NCBI GenBank assembly: GCA_028534125.1
Contig: CM052818.1
Span: forward strand, 36,396,001 to 36,460,000
Direction of reading: 5' to 3'
From: Lama glama
Taxonomy: Eukaryota
DNA length: 64,000 nucleotides
The position numbers and the translations under genes are program-made. Shown here piece by piece: positions 39,592 to 51,075 of the stretch (position 1 is its first letter; every line of letters starts with the position of its first letter). The notes under the pieces were generated by a model. That model ran no database searches. It was not told the origin of the DNA and worked only from the letters and a program-made list of their open reading frames with translations.

Positions 39592-39903
39592 GCTATTGCG
39601 GAGCTGACATCAAGGCCCTGTGCACTGAAGCTGCCCTGATTGCCCTGCGGAGGCGTTACCCCCAGATCTATGCTAGCAGTCATAAACTGCAGCTGGATGT
39701 TTCCTCAATAGTGCTCAATGCCCAGGATTTTTACCACGCAATGCAGAATATTGTGCCTGCTTCCCAGCGTGCTGTCATGTCTTCGGGACATGCACTATCC
39801 CCCATCATAAGGCCACTGCTGGAAAGAAGTTTCAACAGCATCCTGGCAGTCTTGCAGAAAGTGTTTCCTCATGCTGAAATTAGCCAGAGTGACAAGAAAG
39901 AAG
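39592..39903 (+). CDS. ATAD2B: ATAD2B coding exon (312 nt): (G)YCGADIKALCTEAAL...EISQSDKKE(D)
   Basis: cattag| acceptor, AAG|gtagta donor; GADI.ALC.EAAL lid motif; ORF-track 39564..39938. Confidence 0.97.
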
Positions 39904-40204
39904 GTAGTATAAATTACTTTTTCATACTTTTAAAATGAAACAAATACATGCATAAATAAAAAAAATTCTGAGTTTCCTTATAAAGTTATTTATGTGTTAC
40001 TCTTTTATATTTGCCATGAATATAGAAAATGAATCTGTTTCATTCACCACTGTATATTATAGGCCTAGCATATCACCTGGCATACAGTAGTTGGCTAGTC
40101 AGTGTCTCTGAAAACAGTGAATGGATATTTGTTCTGTTTGCTCACTCTTGGGCCATTCTGACTATCTTGTTGTAGGAGTGTTACTGTCTTTAGAAAAGTT
40201 GACT

Positions 40205-40420
40205 ATAATAATAATGGCTTACATTTATTTAATTATTATAAAGCCCTTACATAAATTGTCATTTATTAATCTGCATAACAGTCCTGTGGGATGGGTACTC
40301 TTACTCTATAAAAGAGGAAGGTATTCACTCACATAGGGTCACTTAGTAAGTTCTAGGGCTTGCTCAAACCCAGGATGCCTGATTCCAGAGCTAATGCTCT
40401 TAACTATGTTGCTATAATGC
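40205..40420 (-). mobile_element. MIR SINE
   Basis: ataataatggcttacatttatt...gcctgattccagagctaatgctcttaactat. Confidence 0.7.
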
Positions 40421-42248
40421 TCCTCTGGATTCATCTCATCAAATTGTTGTTATTGGCAGCGCACTCTGCTGTGTGCTGGAGTGTAAACTATTAGTAAGGG
40501 AGTAAATTAGAACCTCATTACAGAAGGTCTTGAATTCTGGACTCAAGGTTGTAGTTTGGATCTGAGATAAAAACAGAAACCTACTTGTAAAAATGTTCCT
40601 CATTTACAGGAAACTTTAGGTTCATATGCTAATTAGAATGAAGCCCATGTACTTTGAAGAGACAGTAATTTTAAAAAATTACCTTAATTTTCCCAGTTTC
40701 TAGTACCTTGTTTGTCATGTAGTCTGCACCAAACAGAAAATTGTTTAGTGAATTATGGTAACATTAAAACTATTATATGTAGTAAAAATCATCAATATTC
40801 AGTGAATTTTGCTGGCATAAGTATATTTTTCAGAAACTTTATTTTTTGGGGAAGATTCTCATGAAATATCACATGGATTACTTGATTTCTTAAATTTGTC
40901 AAGTAGGGAGGAGAACAAATATGTGTGGTCCAGCTACTTTGCCATGAATAGCATGTTTCTTATCTGATTTTCATAACTGAGGATTTGTATCTTTCCCCCC
41001 AATTTTTTATTTTTTAAAAAACTGTGTTACCTTTGGAAAATCATGACAATCTGACCTTCCCTTTATTTCATTTGAAGATTTTTGGTGGCATAATTATCTG
41101 TGTTTTCTTACCTTTTTTTTTTTATAAGTATGAAGTATTCTTTAGTTTCATTTTTTCCCTTTGTATACTGTGGAGAAGAGAAGCCAAAGTTTCTTTGATG
41201 ATAAATAATTGTTTTTAGTTAAAAATATGTCTATATTTAGAAATATTATTCTGGTTTGTTTTGTCTTCAGTTTTTTTTTTGGATAAATATCCTTTCCTTG
41301 TATATGAAATTATCACTCAAAAGGTACTCAATTATTTTTCAGGTTAACTTTTACGGTATTAGTTGTATTAAATATTTAGTTCTTAAAAGCCACTGAAATG
41401 TGTGTCTGCCAGCACAATTCAATATCTTATTTTAGAAAGTATGCCTCTTTTTCTTTGGTTTTTGAGGGCAAGGATATGGTTTCTCTTCATCTTAATGCCC
41501 TCACATTTCTCCTACAGATGTAGCATTGCTTTTTGTTGAATGAATGCATGGACACTTTTGTTAGGTATGTGTGAAGTACAGCTATTAATACTTCAGGTTG
41601 TAGTCCAGGTAAATTTTTAAGTATGGTGCACTTGCACTCAATAAGAATTTTAGTTCTAGTTACTCCATTGAGCAATAACTTAAGACCCATCTAGAGACTT
41701 AATCTTACTTGAATGAGTGCATTTTTTTAGATTGGCTTTGTTTTTAATTGAATTCTTGAGTCCCTTCTTAACTAGACTAGATATTCCTTGAAATGTATGT
41801 ATAGAACATGTGAAAAAATAAGTATCAATTTGTTCCTTGTTGCTTTTGTAAGAATTGGGCCATAATGCAATTGCTCTATTAATTAAACCAAATATCTTAT
41901 ATTAAATGTATTGGTTCTGGTCAGAATTACCTTAGAGATAACTAGTAAGTAGATGGATATTTTATGAGAGTGCCATTTCTTTTCCAGACTTCTTGTAGTT
42001 AGTCAGTCTCCCAAATTGCATCTCGTAACACTTAAGTAGTCTGTAAAGGTGAGAGAATTACATTAGTTCCATTTATAAATTATTCAAAATACTGTAATTT
42101 GTCAGTTTGCCTGATCAATCTGTATTATTTGTTAGATAACTTAGTTATTGTCACTTGGTTTTTAAACCAATTTTCCTTAGCTTTGGTAGGGCACTAATAT
42201 TAAGTGACTTCTTAAGCCTCATAATCTTTATGATTTTTTTTTGAACAG

Positions 42249-42384
42249 ATATAGAAACTCTAATTTTAGATGATAGTGAAGATGAGAATGCTTTATCAAT
42301 TTTTGAGACAAGTTGTCACTCAGGATCACCAAAGAAACAGTCATCAGCTGCTGCTGTACATAAACCTTATCTTCATTTTACAAT
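42249..42384 (+). CDS. ATAD2B: ATAD2B coding exon (136 nt): (D)IETLILDDSEDENALSIFETSCHSGSPKKQSSAAAVHKPYLHFT(M)
   Basis: T-rich tract plus gaacag|, AT|gtaagc donor; phase 1-2 keeps the frame; linker between AAA domains. Confidence 0.94.
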
Positions 42385-44034
42385 GTAAGCAATTTATATC
42401 AAATTTCTTTTAATTTAGTGGTTTTTACTACTTTATGGTTAGAATTATAGTATATTTTAAATTATGATTTTAACCTTGAGGGCTTTGTTTTTCTGTTCAC
42501 TGGACAATTCTGGAAAGCTTTTACTGTGTATATGTTTTTGTGTGGTAATAAATGGAGTTATTTGTCAACTAAAGATATTTTTCCCAAAACTGATTGTGGG
42601 ATTTATTTTTTTTTAAATCAGGATAGAAGGAAAGAGTACCTTTTAGAAAGTCAACCCATGTCCCCAATTTTATTGCTTTTTCTTTGAACGAAAATGTACA
42701 GAAATTAAATGTTTATCATGATCTAGAATATTTTAATTTTTAATAAGTTTCACATGATAATTTAGGGACTCTAAGGGTACAAAGAGATTCTGAATTAAAA
42801 ATTGCTCAGTAATTAAACAAATAACTTTATGATTCTCCAAAGCCTCCTTAGTTTACACTTTCCTAATTTAGATTGTATGGTTCTTTCTATTTACACTTAC
42901 CTTTATGTTAAAACATCTTTTGCTGTGCACTTAAGTGGGTAAACAATTTTAGTGCTAATGTAATTTTAAATTAAGAAACCAAATAGTTTTCAAATACTAT
43001 CAGCATCATCACTTGCATTTACATAATTAGCATGATAGTTAAAGAACCATAAAGCTCCAGTCAGGTAGGTCTAATAGCACTTTTTTTTAGAAGATACTGG
43101 ATTGCGTGTACTTTTAAGTAATTTTTCTTTAGACATATTTTGAACAAATTTAAGTTCTCAACTTTAATTGAAGTTTCCCCCATGTAGATTTTGGTGAAAT
43201 GTTAATTTAGTTATTTGCGTTGATAACCCTTTCTTGTTTTTCAGTTTTTCAAATGAGACTAAATTACTTTACTCTTTTTTTCCTTGGTTTGTTCTGTTGT
43301 GTGCTCTTCTGTTACTTTTTCTTCTATTCCAGAGCCTTTCTTTTATTCCCTCTAGGAAGTTTTCTTAGACTATTTCAGGAATTTCACAGATCTGTTTTGT
43401 TGATGGCCAAGGGAGAACCAATCATTTTTTTCCTGACTCTCACCTGGCTCGCCTGTGTGTTGTGTATGTTACTTGTTTTGACAATTTTAGTTATTTGAAT
43501 TTGAAATATATATAGCAGGAGCTAAGAAACTATCAAAAGACAGATTTTTTTCAATTTTATGTTAACGTTCTGTCACTGATTTAATGTGTATCAGTACTAT
43601 GGCTCACTTTTTGGTTTAGCCTTTCTGAAGGAATTGGTTTAATTTTAACTTCTTTTTCATAAGCTTTTCTGGTTCGTTGATTTGACTTTAATAGTGAGAG
43701 AGCTATATCCTAGAATGAACTTTTTTTGTTATAAATGTTTTGATAAATTCCATGACTGTATTTCTTTCTTTATCCATCCATTCTGCTGATTTTTATGTGT
43801 TTACCCTATGCTAGGCACTGTGTTAGGTGATGAAAGCATGAATAAAATATAATATAGTTCTTACTCTGGAGAAGTTCTTGTTATTGAGGGCTGACAAACA
43901 TTAAGTTGTGGCTGGAGTGTTATGAAAGCAGAACTCAGAAGCATTCATAGGGAAGCCCAGGAAATGCTTCACAAAAGAAATGGTGACATGTGTTCTCGTT
44001 TTGAGTATAAAGGTATAGGAGTTAGCATTTGTTT

Positions 44035-44260
44035 CTCATTACAAACTAGGCATGTGGTAGGTATATAAAGCTGGGACTTTATACATAATAATACAATTAG
44101 GCCTCTCAACAATCATTCGTAGTATCATCATTTTATAGATGAGGAAACCGAAGTATAAAGAAGTTAAGTAAATGGACCATGATTGTGCTCCTGGCAGGGC
44201 GAAGAGCCAGGCTTGGTACTCTTTGTTTCCTGGGATCACATTCTTTCTATTGTACTGTAT
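44035..44260 (-). mobile_element. MIR SINE
   Basis: cattttatagatgaggaaaccgaag...gaagttaagtaa core. Confidence 0.75.
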
Positions 44261-44379
44261 GGTTTCCAGATTGATTTCTGAGCTTAATAGGTAGATAGGA
44301 AATTATATTGTTTTTTAAAATAGGTTGGGCAATATGATTTTTCATACTTTCCAAGAAGCATTTACTTTAGAATGTAAAC

Positions 44380-44461
44380 TTTTTTTAAACTTTCTTTATT
44401 GAGTTATAGTCATTTTACAATGTTGTGTCAATTTCCAGTGTACAGCACAGTCTTTCAGTTA
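44380..44461 (-). mobile_element. Very short younger L1 3' end with 13-bp TSD
   Basis: tttattgagttatagtcattttacaatgttgtgtcaatttccagtgtacagcac; TSD ttagaatgtaaac (44367-79) / ttagaatgtagac (44462-74). Confidence 0.8.
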
Positions 44462-45499
44462 TTAGAATGTAGACGTTTAATAAGGGCTACACGTGTTTTT
44501 TGTTATACATTTGGTTTGGTTTGGCTGGGTTTTTTGTTTTTGTTTCTGTTTTTTAACAACGTGTGGTTTTTAGCATACTTGACAAGTAGAAGCATAACTT
44601 TATTGCTGGTGTCAGTAACACTAGCTTGTGCATTGATGGTGGGCTTCTGTTTTGGGGAATAGTTTCCTAAAACAATGTTGAAACCTTTTCTTTAGATTTA
44701 AGATGAAGTGGAAGTCTAGATATTTAAGGTCTATCAGTCTGATAGAGAATCCTTATGATGGGAAATAAGTTTTCTTTCTTACTGTGTATTACCATAAGGG
44801 GACTAGCAACAGAGCTTTCTGAGGTTTTCCAAATGAAAATCGCTTTGTTTTTTCTGATTAGAAAGATGATATACTCTGTAGAAAATTCAAGTAATAAAGA
44901 AGAGCATAAAAAAGAAAGTAAATATTAAAGCTCAAGCACCTGAAGGCAATATTTGTTAGTATTTTGGGGACCACATGTCTGTATTCTCTATTGATACAGA
45001 CAGACCCACATATTATTTTATATAAAACTTTCCTTCTATAAGGTTGTTGTTGTTACTTGCTTCCCATCCCATGTTGGGAATATTATTTCATGTTAGTATA
45101 TGTTTAATGTCATTCTTTTAAAATAGCATTTTTTTGGATGTTTCATAATTTATATAACCATATTGATAAAAATGGAAGCTTCCAATTTTCCTCTTTTATA
45201 AACAGTGCTGTGACAGACATCTTTCTAAGTACGTATCTTTACACCATTTTCTGATTGAGAGCTTAGGTAAGATTTTAAAAACTGCTGTGTCAAAGCACAT
45301 ACGCATTTCAAAACCTGATAGAGGTGGTTAAATTGCCTTCCAGAAAGATTGTACCAGTTACATTGCATCACTAAAAAATGAGAGGGTTATTTTTTCTATA
45401 CTGTTGTCAATTCTGAGCACTGTTTGTCTTTTTAAATCTTTACCAACTAGATAGATGAAAATAATATCTTCTTATTTGTTTGAATCATTTGTTCTTTCA

Positions 45500-45750
45500 T
45501 ATATTCATTCATTCATACAGACATTTTGTCAAAGTGCCCATCATGTGCCAGATGTTGTCCTAGGTACTAGGAATATGTTAGTGACCAAAATGAACTAAAA
45601 TCCCTTCTTTTACTCAGCTTACATTTTAGATGAAGACAGAGAAAAAAACAATCAGCATGCTAGATGAAATGTTAGAAGATAAGTACTATAGAAAAAAATG
45701 TAGAGAATGCTAAGAAGTAAGGAAGTCTCTGGGAATGGGATGAATTGCAG
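45500..45750 (-). mobile_element. L2 3' end
   Basis: attcattcattcat...catgtgccagatgttgtcctaggtactaggaatat...agcttacattttag. Confidence 0.75.
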
Positions 45751-45959
45751 GATGTCCTTGGATATACATTTTTGTATATATTTGGCATATTTGCCAATTT
45801 TATTTCAGAAATTATACTTTTTCCCATTCCCACTAATCATTAGAATACCAGTTTTCCCATCTACTCACTAATAATGACATAATTTTTAGTTTATCAATTT
45901 AACAGATATAAGATGTTTCTCAATATTTTCATTATTTTTTCATCTTTATTAATAACTAC

Positions 45960-46900
45960 CGAGTCTTTCTCAAGCCTAGCTCACTCTTGAGCTTTAAACT
46001 CTATCTAGGTGCCTATCTCCCTTTGCTGTATCACAGATCTTTCAGTAGATGCTGGCTTGTGTCTCTCCTTCTCTTTCTGTGAGTCCTGTGAGCTCCCATC
46101 CATTCAATTGTCCCAACTAGAATTGGACATCATTCTCAACTCCTTCCTCTTTCTTCTTTTGTTTCTAGTCAGTGACCAAGTCCTATTGATTTTCCTTACT
46201 AAATAAGTATAATCTAAAGCTATCCCTTCTCACCTCCTCTTGACATTGTTCTTGTGTACCCTATCATTAACATCTCATACCTGATTATTATAACAAACCC
46301 CTAAACTGGTCATCTTTCCTACTGTTTTGTCCTCTTTCAAAACCCTTTCCTATACTGACATGTGGAGCTAGAGTTACCCTCCGAAACATGTATATGCTTA
46401 TGTCACTTCCCTTACATAAGCATCTTAGAGCTTCCTTATTGTCTCCAGTGTACATTCCAGTGTTTAACATGGCTCACAATACCCTTTATAGCCCTACACA
46501 ATCTGATTCTCATTCCCCCTTCCCCTCCCCTACCCCATCATCTTTACCCCTCATTGCTCTAAAACCATAGAAGAAGCTAGCTGTAATGAACTATATCCAC
46601 TACCCAAAAGGGACAAGGGCTTTTTTTAGCCTCTGGTCCTTTGCATGTGCTGTTTTTATTTCTTGGAATTCATCTTTTCTGCCTCCAGTCTGTTGGGTTT
46701 GTCCTTTCACATCACTTTTCCAGGGAAGCCATCTATATGAGTCTCTTAATAGCACCTTGTAGTTAAAGAGTGATACTTATTAATCATACTGAATTATAGT
46801 AATTTGTGTATTTTTCTTTTTCCAATAAATGCATTGGGTTGTGTGCTCTATAATAACAGTGGTATTGTTGGATGTCCTGGATTATTTAGCATAGGAAGCA
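45960..46900 (+). mobile_element. L2 fragment, sense
   Basis: pyrimidine-rich L2-like text (catcattctcaactccttcctct, cctttgcatgtgctgtt, catcacttttccagggaagcc). Confidence 0.7.
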
Positions 46901-47573
46901 TTCTACAGTTGTGATATAAATGAACATATTTTACAAAATGTTGCCTATTTCTGTTTTCTTTTTTAATTGTCTGTGTCCTTTGCACAGGAAGGTATTTTTT
47001 TGTTAAAACATTGTGAACACAAGCTCCTTAAGCATTAAAAACCAATCCTGTTAATGGCAGATTCTTTGTCTCGTTTGGGTGTTTGCCAGTTGGCTCAGAT
47101 TGTAATTTTTGAGTAACAAAAAATTTTTAGATTTTTATGAATTAAAAATACATTAACCTTTGTTTTTCTGAAGTTATTTGTGTTGGAATTCATTTTGTTC
47201 TGTGAAATGGGCTTTGCAGTTATATGACACCCAGTTGTACAGTCTTATACCTAACCTCTATAGGACTTGGTTTCTTTATTTAGCAAGAGGAAACCTATGT
47301 ATTTCATAGGATTGTTAAGAAAATTAATCAAGGAATCCATATGAAGTTCTTAGTTACTACAATAGGTTTAAATGTTCTAAAATTGGAGCTAGCACACTTT
47401 TCCAAAATGTTTTTGATTTTTTTTTTAGATAATGTTGCAAATAAGTTTTAACCTCCTCCCCCAAGTTTTTGGGATTTTGATTATTAAATATATAAGGTAA
47501 AGGTCTACAAATATATAGTTAATTATAGCTAACTATAAATGCCTTGGAAGAATTGACATCTATATATATATAT

Positions 47574-47636
47574 TTTTTTTTTTTCTGGGGAGGGGAGATA
47601 ATTAGGTTTATTTATTTATTTTTAGAGGAGGTACTG
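47574..47636 (-). mobile_element. Partial (3' portion only) vic-1-like SINE next to (TA)n
   Basis: taggtttatttatttatttttagaggaggtact is nearly identical to part of the 20440 copy. Confidence 0.8.
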
Positions 47637-48656
47637 TCATGTATTCTGTATACTTTCACATTTTTTTTTGCTAAGATTATTTAATATTGTTTATCATTTG
47701 TATTTTTGCAGTTGTGAATAGGATCTCCTTTCCTTTATATTTGTTATTGGTGGTGTTTAGGAAAGTCTCTTGGTTTTTCTTTTTCCATCTTCAGTCTTGT
47801 TACTTTGCTTGTAGACTATGACAGTTATTAGTTAATTCTCTTGGATTTTCTAGTGCATAATTGTATTCTTTACAAGTAACAAGTTTACCCTATTTCTTTT
47901 CATTAATTCCACTTTTAAAATTTGCGTTATTCTTATTGCATTGCTTAGAATTTCCTGTATTACCTGTAGGGGTATTAGATAAATTTTTTTATTTCTCACT
48001 TTAATGTTGCTGTACAATCTTAAGAATATAAGTTGAATTTGGGTCAGTGTATTTCCCTAAATTTGCTTTCTCTGGTGCAGGGCTTTTGATGTCATATATT
48101 ATGGTAAGAATTGCTGGTTTTTATTAGCCCAGAAACAAAATTGCTGCCACTGAAAAAGCCCTACTTTTTTTTTTCTAATTGTGGTAAAATACACATAAAA
48201 TTTACCATCTTAGCCACTGTGTTACAAAAAAATTCTATATTTACAGTAAGTTTTATATGTTACCTCTTTGTTGGAGAAGTGGGATTCTTAACATTCGTCC
48301 TTGGATAATTAATAACTAAATCACACTTAATGTCTGAAGCATTTTCCAAGTTAATATTTGTGGTGTTATAGGATGAATACCTAGGTATTTTTATCTTCTT
48401 TTAGAATGGATTTTTATACTTTTATGTCTTGGTTATTAATATTGTCAGAGATCAATATTTTAAAACCATAATTAATGAAAAATGATTCACTGTACTTAAA
48501 AAAATAAGGTAAGAAAGTTCTATTAATTTGGAGTTACATTCTTTTAATGTAAATATTTTGATCTTTATAGTGTATGGTTTTTATGAGACTAACGTGCTGC
48601 CTGCTGATCAGAGTGTATGGTTTTTAAATAATTATTATGTTTTATGTGTATTATAG

Positions 48657-48843
48657 GTCACCATATCATCAGCCAACCTCTTACAGGCCAAGATTATTGC
48701 TGTCTGGAGAACGAGGCTCAGGTCAAACTTCTCACCTTGCTCCAGCACTTTTGCACACTCTAGAAAAATTCTCTGTGCACAGACTTGATCTCCCAGCACT
48801 TTATTCAGTTAGTGCCAAAACACCTGAAGAATCATGTGCACAG
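48657..48843 (+). CDS. ATAD2B: ATAD2B coding exon (187 nt): SPYHQPTSYRPRLLLSGERGSGQTSHLAPALLH...TPEESCAQ, degenerate AAA2 Walker A
   Basis: attatag| acceptor, CAG|gtaggt donor; ORF-track 48637..48855. Confidence 0.97.
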
Positions 48844-50516
48844 GTAGGTTTGTAGTGTATCAGAGTACTTCCAACTTTCTTATTGTTTATATGTCTGTAA
48901 TGTTTATAGATACAAGTTTTTCAAAGAACAGTAATATGAATAATAACTTTTTGTTTGTTATTATTAACATTCTAATAAAGGCAGGGGATCCTTTTGATTT
49001 TTTTTTTTAATGTAAGCTCATTATTTTTCCCATGATACTTCATTCTTCTCTGAAATTTTAATAATCCTATTTCTTGTATTAAAGTTTCATTAAACAGTAT
49101 AGAAAGGGAGTTCCTTTTTGTCTTTTTCTAACTCTTTTTTCAAAGTTGTGGTTTCAAAGCCTCTCTAGACTTCTGTCTATACTTACAGCCTTATCATAGA
49201 AAGGGAAATGATACTCAGTTTGAGAATGCCAGGGTTTAAAATTAATATAGAAAAGTGATAGCAATTTTAAAATTATATATGTTTGTATCAGTAATCAAGT
49301 GTTTTTGATATTTTATTTTCAACTACTTTATATTTGCTAGCTTGTGAAGCAAAGTTCTCATGAGGCTATTTATATTTCTTAAGGTTTTAATATGTAACTG
49401 TGAATTTATTGAGTGTGTCATGTTGGAACTAGGGGCTAGGGGAGTAAGTTTTTTGAACCAAGGGACCATGTCTTCACCATTTCTGTGTCCCTGACACAGT
49501 GCTCAGCTCATACATAGTACATGGTCATTAAATGTAGAAATTAGATGACTGAAGTAGTAACACTTAAGAGCATTGTACACAATTTTGTTTTTGTTTTTCA
49601 GTTATAGTTCATAAATATTTTAATACATAAACTAATTGAAAACCATTCTGTATCTTGTAGTAAACAGATTTTTGAAAACAGTTTGTAGTGTCAATTTTAG
49701 TTCTCTTTTACTTATAGTTCTCTGGAGCACTTTACTACTTACAAAGTCCTATTTAAAGTTTTTTTTTTTACAAAACCCATGGCCTGACTAAAAAGCTATA
49801 TACCAGTAATTTGCTTCAAGTTTTATATATTTAATTCATCCTGGCTGTGAGTGTTTTACAATAATATTGATTTATATTTTCTTATATTTTTCCTTTATAG
49901 TGAGACAAAATTATTGCAGTTTTTATGCAAGTAGGAGAATTACTTAGTAACATTTAAAATAAATCCAAGTGATTTACAAAGAAAATATAAATTAACAAAG
50001 TTGACTTCAGAAGAGAGAGAATCTAAATAGATACTAGCTTTGGAGGAAGAAATTGAGTATCAGAAAGCACTAAATCGAAATAGTTCCAACAGGTGAATTC
50101 TTCTAATCTTAAAGGATAAGGTCATTTTGATGCTCGTTAAACTGTTCCAAAACATAGAAAAAGAAAGATGTGAAATCAACAGAATGAGTGATGATAAACC
50201 CCTGAACAGAATACAAAGAGAATACAGTTTTGTAGACTAATCTCACTTAAACAGATGGAATGTAGTAGCACATCAAAAGAATAATATACCATTGTGAAGT
50301 CATGAAAAACTGATTCAGTTAGATGTGGAGACATAAATATTGGAATGAACACGTGGAAGTTATAAATATTTACCTGTAATATGATTGTATATTTGGAAAA
50401 CTTGAAGTATCAACTGAAAGACTATTAGGGCCAATAAGAGCATTCTGTTAAATGGACACTTTAATGTTTTAAAATCAATTGTTTTCTTTTGTATAAACAA
50501 TAACAAGTAAGAAATA

Positions 50517-50701
50517 CAGCTGACCCTTGAGCAGTGAGAGTTTGAACTGCACTGCTTCACCTGTACATGGATATTCTTCAACAGTAAATGCTACAGGGTC
50601 CGTTGTTGGTTGAATCTGTGGATGCTGAGAAACTACAAATCCAGAGGGCCTGGCTAGAAAGTGTACATGGATTAACCCTTGCCTTGTTCAAGGGTGAACT
50701 G
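50517..50701. mobile_element. Tigger2-derived MITE (MER8/Tigger2a-like), TA TSD
   Basis: TA|cagctgacccttgagca ... tgttcaagggtgaactg|TA; same TIR as the element at 15669. Confidence 0.88.
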
Positions 50702-50859
50702 TATAATGGAAGAAGAGGTCCCATTTAAAACAGCAACTAAGTTTACCTAGGAATTAACTTAAACAATTTGCAGGGCCTAAAAGAAGAAAACGAAAAGTCA
50801 CCTGAAGAGGACAGTTGAATAAATGAAAGGCACACCTTGTTTTTAATTACTATACTATA

Positions 50860-51075
50860 ATTCAAAGTGTGGACTGAAGTCAAATTGTAAGATTAAAAAT
50901 CTCAGCTACTTTCTTATTGGTTGTGGCCTTGGACAAATTGTTTAACGTCTTTGAGCTTAAATTTTCTCATTTATGAAGTGAAGATAATGATACTGCATAA
51001 GGTTGTTGTGATTATTAAAATAAGCTCATCAGTAATCTTGGCCTATAAGTACTCAACAGGTGACAGCTATCATCA
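50860..51075 (+). mobile_element. MIR SINE
   Basis: gtggccttggacaaattgtttaacgtctttgagcttaaattttctcatttatgaagtgaagataat. Confidence 0.75.

Noticed and set aside
42249..42254. In-frame alternative acceptor 6 nt downstream (cag|ATATAG|)
   Set aside because: Possible, but nothing in the sequence supports usage; the proximal CAG fits the known protein
43356..43463. Possible cryptic exon after a long pyrimidine tract
   Set aside because: Several competing AGs and only a weak donor (tgt|gtatgt); expected by chance in T-rich introns
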